Source: a virus. Taken from it: a DNA stretch of 64,000 nt. Where the stretch lies: IMG/VR virus record IMGVR_UViG_3300032308_001681, positions 30,542 through 94,541 of that record. One strand, 5' to 3'. Shown here piece after piece: positions 47,418-56,882 of this stretch. Position 1 is the stretch's first letter, and the number at the start of each line of letters is the position of its first letter. The notes under the pieces were generated by a model that saw only the letters and a list, made by a program, of their open reading frames with translations, was not told where the DNA came from and made no database searches. The translations under genes and the position numbers were made by a program.

Positions 47418-47846
47418 ATGAGCTCTCTTGACTGGACAGAAGTGCCCGACCCTGATGAATACCGGGATGCACGGCGCACGATTGCTTTCCTTGCGTCAAG
47501 CAAGGGCCACGGCTACACGATTCATGACGGTCCCTACAACGACGTAGAAAACGGCACTCACGACGTAGTTATTGACTCTCCAGAAGGAGAGGAAGTCGGC
47601 ACTATGACGCATGACGACTTCGGCCACGTTGGCTACTTCTACATGCACCCAGACCACCACGTTGCCATTCCCAAGCTCTTGACCCACGTAATCGATTGGT
47701 CAGAACAGCACGGGTGGGCACCCCCGCACTCGGGAGGCGCGATGACGCCACAGGCTTACAAGTTTGCAAAGCGAGTGCTGCCCAACAACATTCGGATGAG
47801 TGGTGCTTACGGCGGTGCAGAACCGCACAACCGGTACGAACGCTAA
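47418..47846 (+). CDS. GNAT-like protein lacking motif A
   Basis: 'VGTM...GHV.YFYMHPDH...L...P.S...MT'. Confidence 0.55.
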   Translation: MSSLDWTEVPDPDEYRDARRTIAFLASSKGHGYTIHDGPYNDVENGTHDVVIDSPEGEEVGTMTHDDFGHVGYFYMHPDHHVAIPKLLTHVIDWSEQHGWAPPHSGGAMTPQAYKFAKRVLPNNIRMSGAYGGAEPHNRYER

Positions 47847-47883
47847 CCATAAAACGCCCCGGTAGTTCTGTCACACTGGATAT

Positions 47884-48330
47884 ATGGCACCTGTACCAAA
47901 AGACCCGATGCGCAAGCTCGAGTTCCTCGCTGCTCGCACCAAGTCGAGTGGCCGGTACAGCTTCTTTCACACCTCGGGCAAAAGGCGCCACATTATCAGC
48001 GTGGTAGACAACACCGACCCTATCGGCGTAGTGCAGCCCATCGGCGGTATGACGTGGCACAAGGAGACGGGTGAAGTCGACAACATCGGTGTGCACCCAG
48101 ACCATAGCCATGTTTTGTCAGCATTGCTGATGGAAGCAAAAACCGTCGCGGAACGCGAAGGGTTTGCTGCGCCTACGCGCGGGTACCTGATGACCAAGGA
48201 CAGCGCACGTCTCGTGCGGAAGATTAACCCAGAGGCCATGAACGACCGTCGTGCCAACGTGACCGACAAGACAACTGACTGGCGTGGCCAAGTAGACAGT
48301 GTAGGCATCCACAGCTACAAGCTGGATTAA
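47884..48330 (+). CDS. GNAT-like protein lacking motif A
   Basis: 'IGGMTWHKETGEVDNIGVHPDH'. Confidence 0.6.
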   Translation: MAPVPKDPMRKLEFLAARTKSSGRYSFFHTSGKRRHIISVVDNTDPIGVVQPIGGMTWHKETGEVDNIGVHPDHSHVLSALLMEAKTVAEREGFAAPTRGYLMTKDSARLVRKINPEAMNDRRANVTDKTTDWRGQVDSVGIHSYKLD

Positions 48331-48367
48331 CCTAAAAACGCCCCTACTGTTCTGGCACACTTGATAT

Positions 48368-48724
48368 ATGAGTAGACGTGAAGAGTTTCGTAAGAGTGCT
48401 CTTTATCATGGGACCACTCATCCCTTTGAGATAGGGGACATCATTGAGCCACAACAACGTCCAGATGGCTTTAGAGAGCCTTTGGCATTTGCTGCTGAAG
48501 ACCCAAGGGCAGCTTCTGTGTTTGCGGCTGCCAAGGCACGTAAGCACGATTTGCCACCTCGCCTGTTTAACGTCGAACCCTTAGAGGATGACGACACGTA
48601 TAAGACAGAGGAGGGTCTTGGGGGCATGATGCTTTCCCGCAGTAAAAAAGGCTTTCGTGTTACAGGAAAAGCCACTCCTACGGAAAAAGACCCTTTGGGC
48701 AATACTTTGAAGTACACGCGATAA
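48368..48724 (+). CDS. Arr-like ADP-ribosyltransferase-fold protein
   Basis: 'LYHGT.HPF..GDIIEP...AFAA...VEP...S.KGFRV'. Confidence 0.7.
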   Translation: MSRREEFRKSALYHGTTHPFEIGDIIEPQQRPDGFREPLAFAAEDPRAASVFAAAKARKHDLPPRLFNVEPLEDDDTYKTEEGLGGMMLSRSKKGFRVTGKATPTEKDPLGNTLKYTR

Positions 48725-48789
48725 TCTACGCGCGATTCTTCTGGGTTGGTTATCCCGCCACCCCCTAAATAATCTGGCACACTGGATAT

Positions 48790-48999
48790 ATGAACAAGTC
48801 GCTATCTCACAGCCAGATGAGGGCACTCCACCCGGAGTTCTTTAAAGCCCCCGTAGCGGCTCGCCGTCCAACAGCAGACCTCGGTGACTTGGAGAACGCA
48901 CAGATTGTGCGTCGCCCCAAGGCAGCGCCGCCCAAGCAGACGAAAACACAAGTCATTGAACCCGGCACTATCGTGCCGCCTCGCGTCTACGGAGCATAA
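48790..48999 (+). CDS. hypothetical protein
   Basis: Leaderless motif start. Confidence 0.65.
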   Translation: MNKSLSHSQMRALHPEFFKAPVAARRPTADLGDLENAQIVRRPKAAPPKQTKTQVIEPGTIVPPRVYGA

Positions 49000-49706
49000 T
49001 GGCCCAGCCAGAACTTCCTGAAATTGACTGGGAAAAGTACCACGACCCTCCAACGGAGTTGACGTGGTCGCATGTTATGCATGGCAAGCAGTTTGAGCCC
49101 CACATCGCTCCTCTGGTAGAAAAGTTGGGTAGGCGAGTAGCTCACCGTCGTGCCCAACGCGAAATTGCATACGGCTCTTTGGGAGCTTTCGACAGAGAGC
49201 GGCGAGACCCAGATGCCAAACTTTACCGGGCTGCTCGACAGGCTTACTTTGATAACCAGCCGTTGCCTCGTGACGAAGTTGACAAAGAAGCCTTACCGGG
49301 CATGACGACGGCGCGTTGGGGTTACTCGGCCAGTAAAGCCAATGCAGAAAAACGTACTCTAGATAAAATGTCTGAAGTTGTAGCAGCTCGCCCCTTGCCA
49401 GAAAACATCACAATGGAACACACCTTAAGCATGGGCCAGCCGGAACTGACTGTGTACCACCATAACGAAAACGGCGTTAAGGAGGATATTGGCAGTGTTC
49501 ACTGGAACCCCGAAAACGGGTATGTGTATCACATGGCAATGGGAAGCCACCCCCAGTATGTCCCACACATGATTCTCAAAGCACATGAGATGTCCCAACA
49601 AGCTAACGGAACGGGCCCGTCGTTCTCTGACACACTCAGCTCATTCAGCAGGCGACTGCTACGGAATCAGGCCCCGGAGTTTATCCCCAGAAATCCACGA
49701 GACTAG
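48999..49706 (+). CDS. MAQPELP-family protein with GNAT-like domain
   Basis: Paralogous to 49938..51044. Confidence 0.65.
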   Translation: MAQPELPEIDWEKYHDPPTELTWSHVMHGKQFEPHIAPLVEKLGRRVAHRRAQREIAYGSLGAFDRERRDPDAKLYRAARQAYFDNQPLPRDEVDKEALPGMTTARWGYSASKANAEKRTLDKMSEVVAARPLPENITMEHTLSMGQPELTVYHHNENGVKEDIGSVHWNPENGYVYHMAMGSHPQYVPHMILKAHEMSQQANGTGPSFSDTLSSFSRRLLRNQAPEFIPRNPRD

Positions 49707-49749
49707 TTTTTGCTATAAATACAGTGTAGCAATCTGTCACAATTTACTT

Positions 49750-49935
49750 ATGATACAGTTCAACGACCGCCGTAGCATTGGCAAAGACGTCCCGAACATG
49801 CACATGGGGAGCGGATATGACCCTAAGCGTCGGACCGACGGTGGTGGCGATTACCGCGGCGATGTAGGAGGCGCTCCTGCGATGAAAAAGCCAAAAGGAC
49901 CTAAGCCAAAGTCTCCTTCTAAAGCTCGCCGATAA
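49750..49935 (+). CDS. small basic protein (MIQFNDRR)
   Basis: Leaderless motif start. Confidence 0.65.
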   Translation: MIQFNDRRSIGKDVPNMHMGSGYDPKRRTDGGGDYRGDVGGAPAMKKPKGPKPKSPSKARR

Positions 49936-49937
49936 TC

Positions 49938-51044
49938 GTGGCTCAGCCAGAACTCCCCGGCATTGACTGGGAAAGCCAGAAGGTACAGGGGCCACAAGAC
50001 AACCCTAATCGTCGACCCCGTGGCAACTTCTACGATAACCTGTATGTAGGACAGCAGTGGCGGGACCACATTAATTCTGAACGCCGACGTGTATTCCTCA
50101 GGCACTTTGGTGTTGGGTACGACACCGGAGACGCCTCTGCAAGGGCTAGCATGCTGGCTGACCCCGATTATCATGCTGTAGAGGATTTAAGCAAAAAGAT
50201 TAACGAGGCATACGGCGTTCCGGGCAGCGCTAGCTTTGACCATGTAAAGAACGCTCCGGTGTATCAGCCACTGTCGACGATGTCCAGCAAGCGTTGGGGC
50301 TACACCAATGACGAAGGAAAAGCTGAACAGCAGGGGCTTGACAAACTTAAAATCGCCTCGCGTCGCGAGATGCCAGCTAACTACAGCATGTACGTGGAAA
50401 AACCAGAACCCGGCGAAGAACCCCACTACGCTATAGGCCTAATGCACTTTGGCGAGAAGGTCGGCCACCTTGGCTGGAGCGGAAAGACCGGTCATGTGTA
50501 TGGTCTTAGCGTTGATGAGCCGCATCGTGCGCTTGTGCCACGGCTGATTTCTAAGGCTCACGAGGTTTCTCACGAAGAAGGCCACACTGGCCCAACCTCG
50601 TCGAATGAACTAAGTGCGTACAGCTACAGGATAATGCGTAAGCATGCGCCAGATTTCATCCCAGAAGACACAATGGTTGAGGGTGAGGATGAGCATATGT
50701 ATGACGATGCTGTCCGCGCTCACCAAGAAGCCGCCCAGAAAGTAAAGACCAACTGGGAATTTGCCAAGCCGCATATTCTTGCCGCAATTGGAAATGACGG
50801 CGTCGCTCTTGACGACATCTCTAGACATGATTCGCGCATAACTAGTTTGCTAACGTCTGTAAACGGTGGACATCTAAATACTGCAGGCAATCACGCCAAC
50901 CGCGTGCGTGCAACCAACGACATGCTGTTTGCTAAACACGCAAGAGCTCTGCCGCGAACTGCACAGAACGCTCTAACTAACTCTGACGAGCCGCTGCGCA
51001 AGTTAACCGAGAGCGACTTCTCTGACGAATTGTATGGTCACTAA
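49938..51044 (+). CDS. MAQPELP-family protein with GNAT-like and helical C-terminal domains
   Basis: Shares MAQPELP.IDWE, RWGY...AE...LDK and P.FIP with 48999. Confidence 0.65.
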   Translation: MAQPELPGIDWESQKVQGPQDNPNRRPRGNFYDNLYVGQQWRDHINSERRRVFLRHFGVGYDTGDASARASMLADPDYHAVEDLSKKINEAYGVPGSASFDHVKNAPVYQPLSTMSSKRWGYTNDEGKAEQQGLDKLKIASRREMPANYSMYVEKPEPGEEPHYAIGLMHFGEKVGHLGWSGKTGHVYGLSVDEPHRALVPRLISKAHEVSHEEGHTGPTSSNELSAYSYRIMRKHAPDFIPEDTMVEGEDEHMYDDAVRAHQEAAQKVKTNWEFAKPHILAAIGNDGVALDDISRHDSRITSLLTSVNGGHLNTAGNHANRVRATNDMLFAKHARALPRTAQNALTNSDEPLRKLTESDFSDELYGH

Positions 51045-51046
51045 TC

Positions 51047-51931
51047 ATGGAAAATCAACCGCACCTGTGGGAAGCCGCAGACAACCTGTTCTTTACTCCT
51101 GAACAGAACGCTCAGGTAGACACCGAAGGTAAGCGCCTCCGTAAGATTACGACTAGCCGCCCTCTTCCAGAAGGCTACGAGTTTAAGCACGAGGGCGCAG
51201 AGGGCCTTCTTCCTAGCGGACAACTTAACCGTGTTGAGACCAGTATTGGTGGCTTTGACTTTAACAAGGACTTTCATCGCCTACACATCAATACGACGCC
51301 TAAGCAGTACGCTGAAGGCGAGGGCTGGTCTACTCATGCGACTGTTTCGTGGAACACTAAAACAGGAAAAATAAGTTGGATAGCTAGTCAAGGCGAGCAC
51401 CTAACTCCGCACCTGCTTAATGAGGCCAACCGCTGGTCTGCCGCAAACGGCGCAACACCTCCGCTGTGGTCAGACGACATGACGACGGCTAGCCACCGTG
51501 TGGCAAATCGCCACGCAAGTATGTTTATTCCGCCAAATGCCAAGATAGACGAACAAAGCCTTCAAGCCACTAACGAGCACGCGGTTCCGTTTGTTCACCG
51601 AGTCAAAGAACACGCCGCGCGCCTACACGCGGAAACTATTCAGAGCATTGGCGCTCGGGAAAGCGACGCACGAATTGCAGGCGTTAATAATGATTACACC
51701 AAACTAACAAAGCATTTAAACAAGCTGCATCAAGCCATCTCACAAAAAAATCTTGGCAACATTTATGGGCACACAGAGGAGGCGTCAGACGCAGCCTCTT
51801 CAGTAGGCACTAATGACATCCCCGACCACCTGACTCGTCGCTGGTATGACTTGGGTGACCAAATCTCTACCTTGCACGAGGGTACCCACAGCATTGAAGA
51901 CCTTGACGAAATGATGAATTACCGGCGATAA
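51047..51931 (+). CDS. GNAT-like + helical domain protein
   Basis: 'SRPLPEGY', 'VSWNTKTGKI', 'FIP'; paralog of preceding genes. Confidence 0.6.
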   Translation: MENQPHLWEAADNLFFTPEQNAQVDTEGKRLRKITTSRPLPEGYEFKHEGAEGLLPSGQLNRVETSIGGFDFNKDFHRLHINTTPKQYAEGEGWSTHATVSWNTKTGKISWIASQGEHLTPHLLNEANRWSAANGATPPLWSDDMTTASHRVANRHASMFIPPNAKIDEQSLQATNEHAVPFVHRVKEHAARLHAETIQSIGARESDARIAGVNNDYTKLTKHLNKLHQAISQKNLGNIYGHTEEASDAASSVGTNDIPDHLTRRWYDLGDQISTLHEGTHSIEDLDEMMNYRR

Positions 51932-51976
51932 GTTGCTTAGACCACCCAAAAACGACCAATCTGACACAATTACACT

Positions 51977-52174
51977 ATGATTGAATTCAATGACCGTCGT
52001 GAAGACGTGACAAGAGACTGGCGCGTAGGTAAAGTCAAGGAAATCATGGCAAATCAGCGCCAACAGGCCATCTACGACACCGGATACATCACTCCAGTGT
52101 CCGATAAAGCGCTGCAAAAGGCCGAAAAACAGCGCAAAAAGCGCATAGCTAAGGTAAAAAAGAGCCTAAAATGA
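51977..52174 (+). CDS. small basic protein (MIEFNDRR)
   Basis: Leaderless motif start. Confidence 0.65.
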   Translation: MIEFNDRREDVTRDWRVGKVKEIMANQRQQAIYDTGYITPVSDKALQKAEKQRKKRIAKVKKSLK

Positions 52175-52722
52175 CCTATTCAATGGCCGATAAGCCGTAT
52201 GTCGTGCGTAAAGGCACCATTCTTTACCACGGAACGCACGACGAGCACCTTGACGACATCCTTGGAGACGGCGTAGAGCCCTCGGGCGACCGTGTAACGG
52301 CTGGTGCAAGCGGTGTGTGGGTGTCTCCGAGCTTCCACGACGCTGAGTACTACAGCACGGGCCCCGTTGTGCACCTTGAAGCAACAAAAGACCTGCTTAT
52401 TCACCCCACACCGGCAGATAACCTAGCCAAGATTCGGCGAGCAAAGCAGCTTGTCAACGAAGAGGGCGATGAAGGCCGTACGCTTACTCCAGATGAGCTA
52501 AAGGACTACGGTTATGAAGGAATCGACCGCAGCCATGCCGATGACGTTTCGCATGTCATTGGCCAAACAGGCTATGAAGGCCATTGGGACCCGTTTAACG
52601 GTGCCCACGAGATGGCTATCTACAATCCCGAGCACTTGAAGCCAGTTGGCCACACGGATGGAGACATGAAGTTTCATCCCCTCAACCCCGCACTTAATGG
52701 AGCACAGTTTAATCGTGGCTGA
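52171..52722 (+). CDS. ADP-ribosyltransferase-fold protein
   Basis: 'LYHGT....DIL..G..P...GVWVSP....A.YY...GYEGI...HEMAIYNP'. Confidence 0.7.
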   Translation: MTYSMADKPYVVRKGTILYHGTHDEHLDDILGDGVEPSGDRVTAGASGVWVSPSFHDAEYYSTGPVVHLEATKDLLIHPTPADNLAKIRRAKQLVNEEGDEGRTLTPDELKDYGYEGIDRSHADDVSHVIGQTGYEGHWDPFNGAHEMAIYNPEHLKPVGHTDGDMKFHPLNPALNGAQFNRG

Positions 52723-52903
52723 CAACAGGAAAACACGTCTTCTTGACGCCCTTGAGGACATCACAGACTACGCGGCTATGGTTAAGGGCTCTATGACAGC
52801 TCTTCAAGAGGCCGGGTTGAGCCAACTTGGTGCTGAAGCCGTTTTGCTTAATTTGCTGAACATCCCCGGCTATGAGAGCGACGACTGGGACGACAAAGAC
52901 TAG
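52715..52903 (+). CDS. hypothetical protein
   Basis: Coupled ORF. Confidence 0.55.
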   Translation: MADNRKTRLLDALEDITDYAAMVKGSMTALQEAGLSQLGAEAVLLNLLNIPGYESDDWDDKD

Positions 52904-52939
52904 CCGTACAATACGTACATAACCTGCCAAAATATATTT

Positions 52940-53737
52940 ATGGGTAGACCAAGGCTTCCGGGGCGTCCAGCGCCTAAATTTGGTGGAAAAGCGTATTACC
53001 GGCAGGTAACTGCTGGGTTGCATCCGCCTGCCATGTTTGCAACGCCCGAAGAGATTGTTAGTACGCACAATTTGGCCGACATGGTGTACTACTCGGACAT
53101 GGAACGCCCCGGCCTTACGCGGAATCAGACTCGCGCTGAGAAAAACGCCGTACTTGAGGCAAAACGGAATGACTTTATCGGCGGGGCTCTTGCGGACTCT
53201 GTTGCTACGCACGGATATGTAGACGACACCAGCGCTGACCCGTACCACAGCATTCAGCTGACCGCAGAAGACCATATGACGCATGGTGGCGGCCCGGTTC
53301 TTGGCCCAGTCTTGCTCGGAGGCCACCACCGAATTGCTTTAATGCACAAAGAAGCTCCAAATGACTTTCGTCTAATCCAGACCGCCCGCAACTTTAGCGA
53401 GGCGACTGCACCTACGCAACCGCCTAAGCCGGAACTGGTACAGGGAATACATTCGGCTCGAGGACATCTCAACGAGATACACGCTTTGATGCAGCAAGCG
53501 GTACCCCCGCAGTACGCTACTTCTTTGCGAGATAGCGTAAATGACATTCACGAAGCTTTGCTGGGGTTGCACCGCGTAACCGGTGATGTTGACCGTAGTC
53601 GTCGCCACGCCTTTTTAAATGACGCTGTTTCTCATTTGGACAACCTTGCAGAAGGGTTCCCCACTAACCCTTCAATTAATGCAAAAGTAGTTGGCCTTCA
53701 AAATCACCTAGAAGACATGTGGAATCACGTAAATTAG
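52940..53737 (+). CDS. ParB/Srx-like domain protein with helical C-terminus
   Basis: 'LADSVATHG...IQL...LLGGHHRIA'. Confidence 0.6.
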   Translation: MGRPRLPGRPAPKFGGKAYYRQVTAGLHPPAMFATPEEIVSTHNLADMVYYSDMERPGLTRNQTRAEKNAVLEAKRNDFIGGALADSVATHGYVDDTSADPYHSIQLTAEDHMTHGGGPVLGPVLLGGHHRIALMHKEAPNDFRLIQTARNFSEATAPTQPPKPELVQGIHSARGHLNEIHALMQQAVPPQYATSLRDSVNDIHEALLGLHRVTGDVDRSRRHAFLNDAVSHLDNLAEGFPTNPSINAKVVGLQNHLEDMWNHVN

Positions 53738-53781
53738 GCAGATAGCCTTCTCAAACTGATTTCACCTGTCAAAATTGAGCT

Positions 53782-53988
53782 ATGGCACTTCGTAACCTCA
53801 GCGCTGCACAGCAGGGCGACGACGACTCTTTACAGACTGATGCGTGGGGAAACGAAGATACTACGCGCCGTTCGTACGTTGGGCGTAAAGAACGTCGTAT
53901 TATAGAGTTTATTGAAGCGCAAGAAGCTCAGCAGGAACTTGCGGACGATGTCCTCAAGCGGCACGTTAAAGTTCAGAAGCTTGGATAA
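53782..53988 (+). CDS. hypothetical protein
   Basis: Leaderless motif start. Confidence 0.65.
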   Translation: MALRNLSAAQQGDDDSLQTDAWGNEDTTRRSYVGRKERRIIEFIEAQEAQQELADDVLKRHVKVQKLG

Positions 53989-54180
53989 GAATGTCAGCGA
54001 CTACATCTGGAGCAAAGTTTGTGCAGAACACCTTGGGCGGACCACGTTAACTTATGCTGACGTGTACAGAGTGCGGAGATACGTCCACGGTGCTGTGGTT
54101 GGGCCGATGTGAAGAATGTTGGAACGACGTCGGCCGTCGTCTAGATGACGACAAGTAAACCTTCTGATAGGATGATTGTT

Positions 54181-54417
54181 ATGAATACTGCATATTACAT
54201 TGGAACTGCTAGCGAGTACCGCTCCGGAGATGTCGTCAAGGAGATTGACTTCTACAACACTGCGGAGCTTGCAAAGTACGCTGCACAGAAGAAGGCCACC
54301 GATGCAGGGGCTCTCTTTGGCATGGTGTACGAAATCTCACACGAAGTACTTGAAGACACAACGCCACACAGCCGAGTGCCAGCTACTATTCTGCGGTTTG
54401 TAGACTGGTCGATTTAA
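54181..54417 (+). CDS. degenerate Arr-like ART-fold protein
   Basis: 'YYIGT...Y.SGDVV...A..YA...VYEI'. Confidence 0.4.
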   Translation: MNTAYYIGTASEYRSGDVVKEIDFYNTAELAKYAAQKKATDAGALFGMVYEISHEVLEDTTPHSRVPATILRFVDWSI

Positions 54418-54537
54418 GGCAAAATGCCGAACTACGAGGACCCTATCTATCCCGGGTATCCGGTGCTTACGTGGGGCCGAAAGAAAGAACCGCCTAAACC
54501 ACTTCGCATTGAAGTGCAGGATGATAAGGAACCACGT

Positions 54538-55050
54538 ATGACTGTAACTCCTCAAAAGCTGATAAAAGCTCAGACCGCCCCTGCACGACGCCCCTCGCGT
54601 GCCCGTACAGGCGCTCAGGCGCGTATTAACGCCGATAACATCTGGCTGTACAGGTTTATTACACTAGGCGTAATTGCGGGCGCCCTAGCGGCATTTGCGA
54701 CCTCTTGGGCAGGTCTGCTGTATGTTGCTCAGTGGCAGGCACTTCCTTCTGAATGGCAGTGGCTTACCCCCGTCATGATTGACATCCCCATCGTTGTGTT
54801 GACGCTTGCTGCCCTAGCCAAGCGCTCTCGTGGGGAGAACCACTATTGGTTCCTTTCTTTTGCCATCTTCCTTACTGCCTTGTCAGGAGTAGCTAACTTT
54901 GCGCACACAGTATCTGTTCGTGGCCTTACTGACTACACAGACTGGGTAGGTGCGGGCCTCAATACCTTTGCCCCTGCGTTTGTTTTGCTGACGACTGAGG
55001 TTCTTGGAAGCCTTGTAACCCGTCCTACGGTTACCAAAAAGCGGAAGTAA
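54538..55050 (+). CDS. DUF2637-like membrane protein
   Basis: Four TM segments, 'AF..S..L...A...WL.PV.ID', 'N..H'; start may be 54424. Confidence 0.65.
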   Translation: MTVTPQKLIKAQTAPARRPSRARTGAQARINADNIWLYRFITLGVIAGALAAFATSWAGLLYVAQWQALPSEWQWLTPVMIDIPIVVLTLAALAKRSRGENHYWFLSFAIFLTALSGVANFAHTVSVRGLTDYTDWVGAGLNTFAPAFVLLTTEVLGSLVTRPTVTKKRK

Positions 55051-55102
55051 GACTCTGTCACACTAGAGGTGTGACTGTTTTTGCTTATTTGGACGCTGCC
55101 TA

Positions 55103-55267
55103 GTGGAGCCTACCGAATCCTTTAATCAAGGAATTCAGGATGCTCTTAGGGCCGCCCAAGAACAAGCAAACAGGGAGGGCCGGTCTATTCGTGTCCCCGG
55201 AGGGTGGGTTAACCCATCTTCGGCGGCTTTAGCCAAGCGTCCTAAGGATAAAAATGAGAAAGCCTGA
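55103..55267 (+). CDS. 54-aa hypothetical protein (not in ORF track)
   Basis: GTG overlaps the stop of a 10-codon leaderless ORF (55071-55103). Confidence 0.4.
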   Translation: MEPTESFNQGIQDALRAAQEQANREGRSIRVPGGWVNPSSAALAKRPKDKNEKA

Positions 55268-55517
55268 ATTTGAGAAGGGCTCAAGAGAGCACGCTCTGTG
55301 GCACGGCGATGTGCCCGAGACTGTCCCCAACGACAGCGGTTACGGAAGCAAAATCGAGTACCCGGCACTTCCTTGCTCTGCAGGCCATTGCCCAGCTAAG
55401 TTCTGGGGCGAAAGCAGCCGCAATGCTCACATTGACTTTAGGCACAGCGAATCGCCCTTGCGTCAAAGCCAGAACGATGAGTGGGCTAACGACTACCGCG
55501 GGCCCGGAGAACGGTGA
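55254..55517 (+). CDS. small protein with C2H2-like motif
   Basis: 'C...HC...F......AH...H'; SD AAGGA. Confidence 0.6.
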   Translation: MRKPEFEKGSREHALWHGDVPETVPNDSGYGSKIEYPALPCSAGHCPAKFWGESSRNAHIDFRHSESPLRQSQNDEWANDYRGPGER

Positions 55518-55604
55518 GCTTGCATAATGCTTTTGCAGGTTAGTAGGATGGCTGAAGCTTAAACGTAACACCCCACTGCACCCAATCCCCTAAGGAGTAA
55601 GAGC

Positions 55605-56387
55605 ATGCAGTTGAAGAACGATAACAACCCAACTTTCCGAATGCAGGTGTTTTACCTCCGCAATCGGTGGCACTGTTTCATTAAACCCGCAATCCAAAAG
55701 AAGATTGATGCGGTAACCAACGTAGTATCCAGAAAAGTCCAACAGCATATCGCTGTTCCGGCATTGGCTGGCTTCAAGTACGTGAACCAACTACGGGTCA
55801 ACCAAGCGCGGTTTGTAGCAATCATGCTGGCTATTGTCACTTTGGTAGTTGCACCTAACGTGTGCCCCGACTGTAACGCATCAGGCGCTCGTGCAAGTAC
55901 GTGGGGTGACAATACCCAAACGGTTACTGCCAACGATGTGGAAGTTACCCTGTACGACCGTGGTGGCATCTATAAGCCTACGCTTATCTACCCCGTTGGT
56001 CGCGCACCTATCGCCAGCCCCTATGGATGGCGTACTGCCCCCTGCGCTGGCTGCACGAGCGACCATAACGGCACAGACTTTAACGTTCCTGCTGGGACCC
56101 CCGTAAAAGCCGCTATGACCGGAACAGTCATGTTTACGGGTTGGCAGGGGACCTACGGCTACCTCATGATTATTGATGCCGGGTATGGCTACGTAACCTA
56201 CTACTCTCACATGATTGCCGACTCTACTCCAGCAAAATTTACTGTGGGCAGCTCCGTAAACATGGGCGATGTTATCGGACTTGTGGGTTGTACTGGGGCT
56301 TGCACCGGGGCTCATCTGCACTTTGGCTTGCAGTTGGACGGTTCATTCGTTGACCCCATGCCGGTACTTCAGAAGTACGCCCAGTAG
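55605..56387 (+). CDS. membrane-anchored M23 peptidase
   Basis: 'HNGTD', 'TYYSHM', 'TGAHLHF'; TM segment. Confidence 0.9.
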   Translation: MQLKNDNNPTFRMQVFYLRNRWHCFIKPAIQKKIDAVTNVVSRKVQQHIAVPALAGFKYVNQLRVNQARFVAIMLAIVTLVVAPNVCPDCNASGARASTWGDNTQTVTANDVEVTLYDRGGIYKPTLIYPVGRAPIASPYGWRTAPCAGCTSDHNGTDFNVPAGTPVKAAMTGTVMFTGWQGTYGYLMIIDAGYGYVTYYSHMIADSTPAKFTVGSSVNMGDVIGLVGCTGACTGAHLHFGLQLDGSFVDPMPVLQKYAQ

Positions 56388-56408
56388 TTTATTTGTCACA
56401 CTGTATAT

Positions 56409-56882
56409 GTGAGTATTCCTAGAGCTGAGCGTGTTTGGCGCGAAACAGACCCTAATGCAGGAAAGCTCATTTCTCTATCGGGAGCTAGGGATTTAACTGA
56501 AGAAATCGTCAATCACCCTATGCACGACAGCATTCCCGGCATTGCGGATTTGCGCGCCCAGTTCTCCCGCAGAAGGAACGTCCAGCTATATAACCCACGT
56601 AAAGTGGATATGCCGGAGAACCTACGCGCAGGAATGGATAGAGAAGGCATCCTGCACCTTAGGCCCGAGAAGCTTGATGTAGGAACAGTTACCCACGAGG
56701 CGTCCCATCTTGTAGAGCATCTAGGACGTCAGTTCCACAACATACCTGTGGAAGAGGGGCATAACGCAGTATTCGCGCGCACGCACGCGCGTAGCGTATT
56801 CGGCGCAGTATCCCCGGAGTCTGGGCGCAACTTGATTGCGGCATACCAGCAACACGGCGTTCCCGTAAAGAGGATGCGATGA
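56409..56882 (+). CDS. HExxH zinc metalloprotease-like protein
   Basis: 'VTHEASH...GH...F'. Confidence 0.7.
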   Translation: MSIPRAERVWRETDPNAGKLISLSGARDLTEEIVNHPMHDSIPGIADLRAQFSRRRNVQLYNPRKVDMPENLRAGMDREGILHLRPEKLDVGTVTHEASHLVEHLGRQFHNIPVEEGHNAVFARTHARSVFGAVSPESGRNLIAAYQQHGVPVKRMR

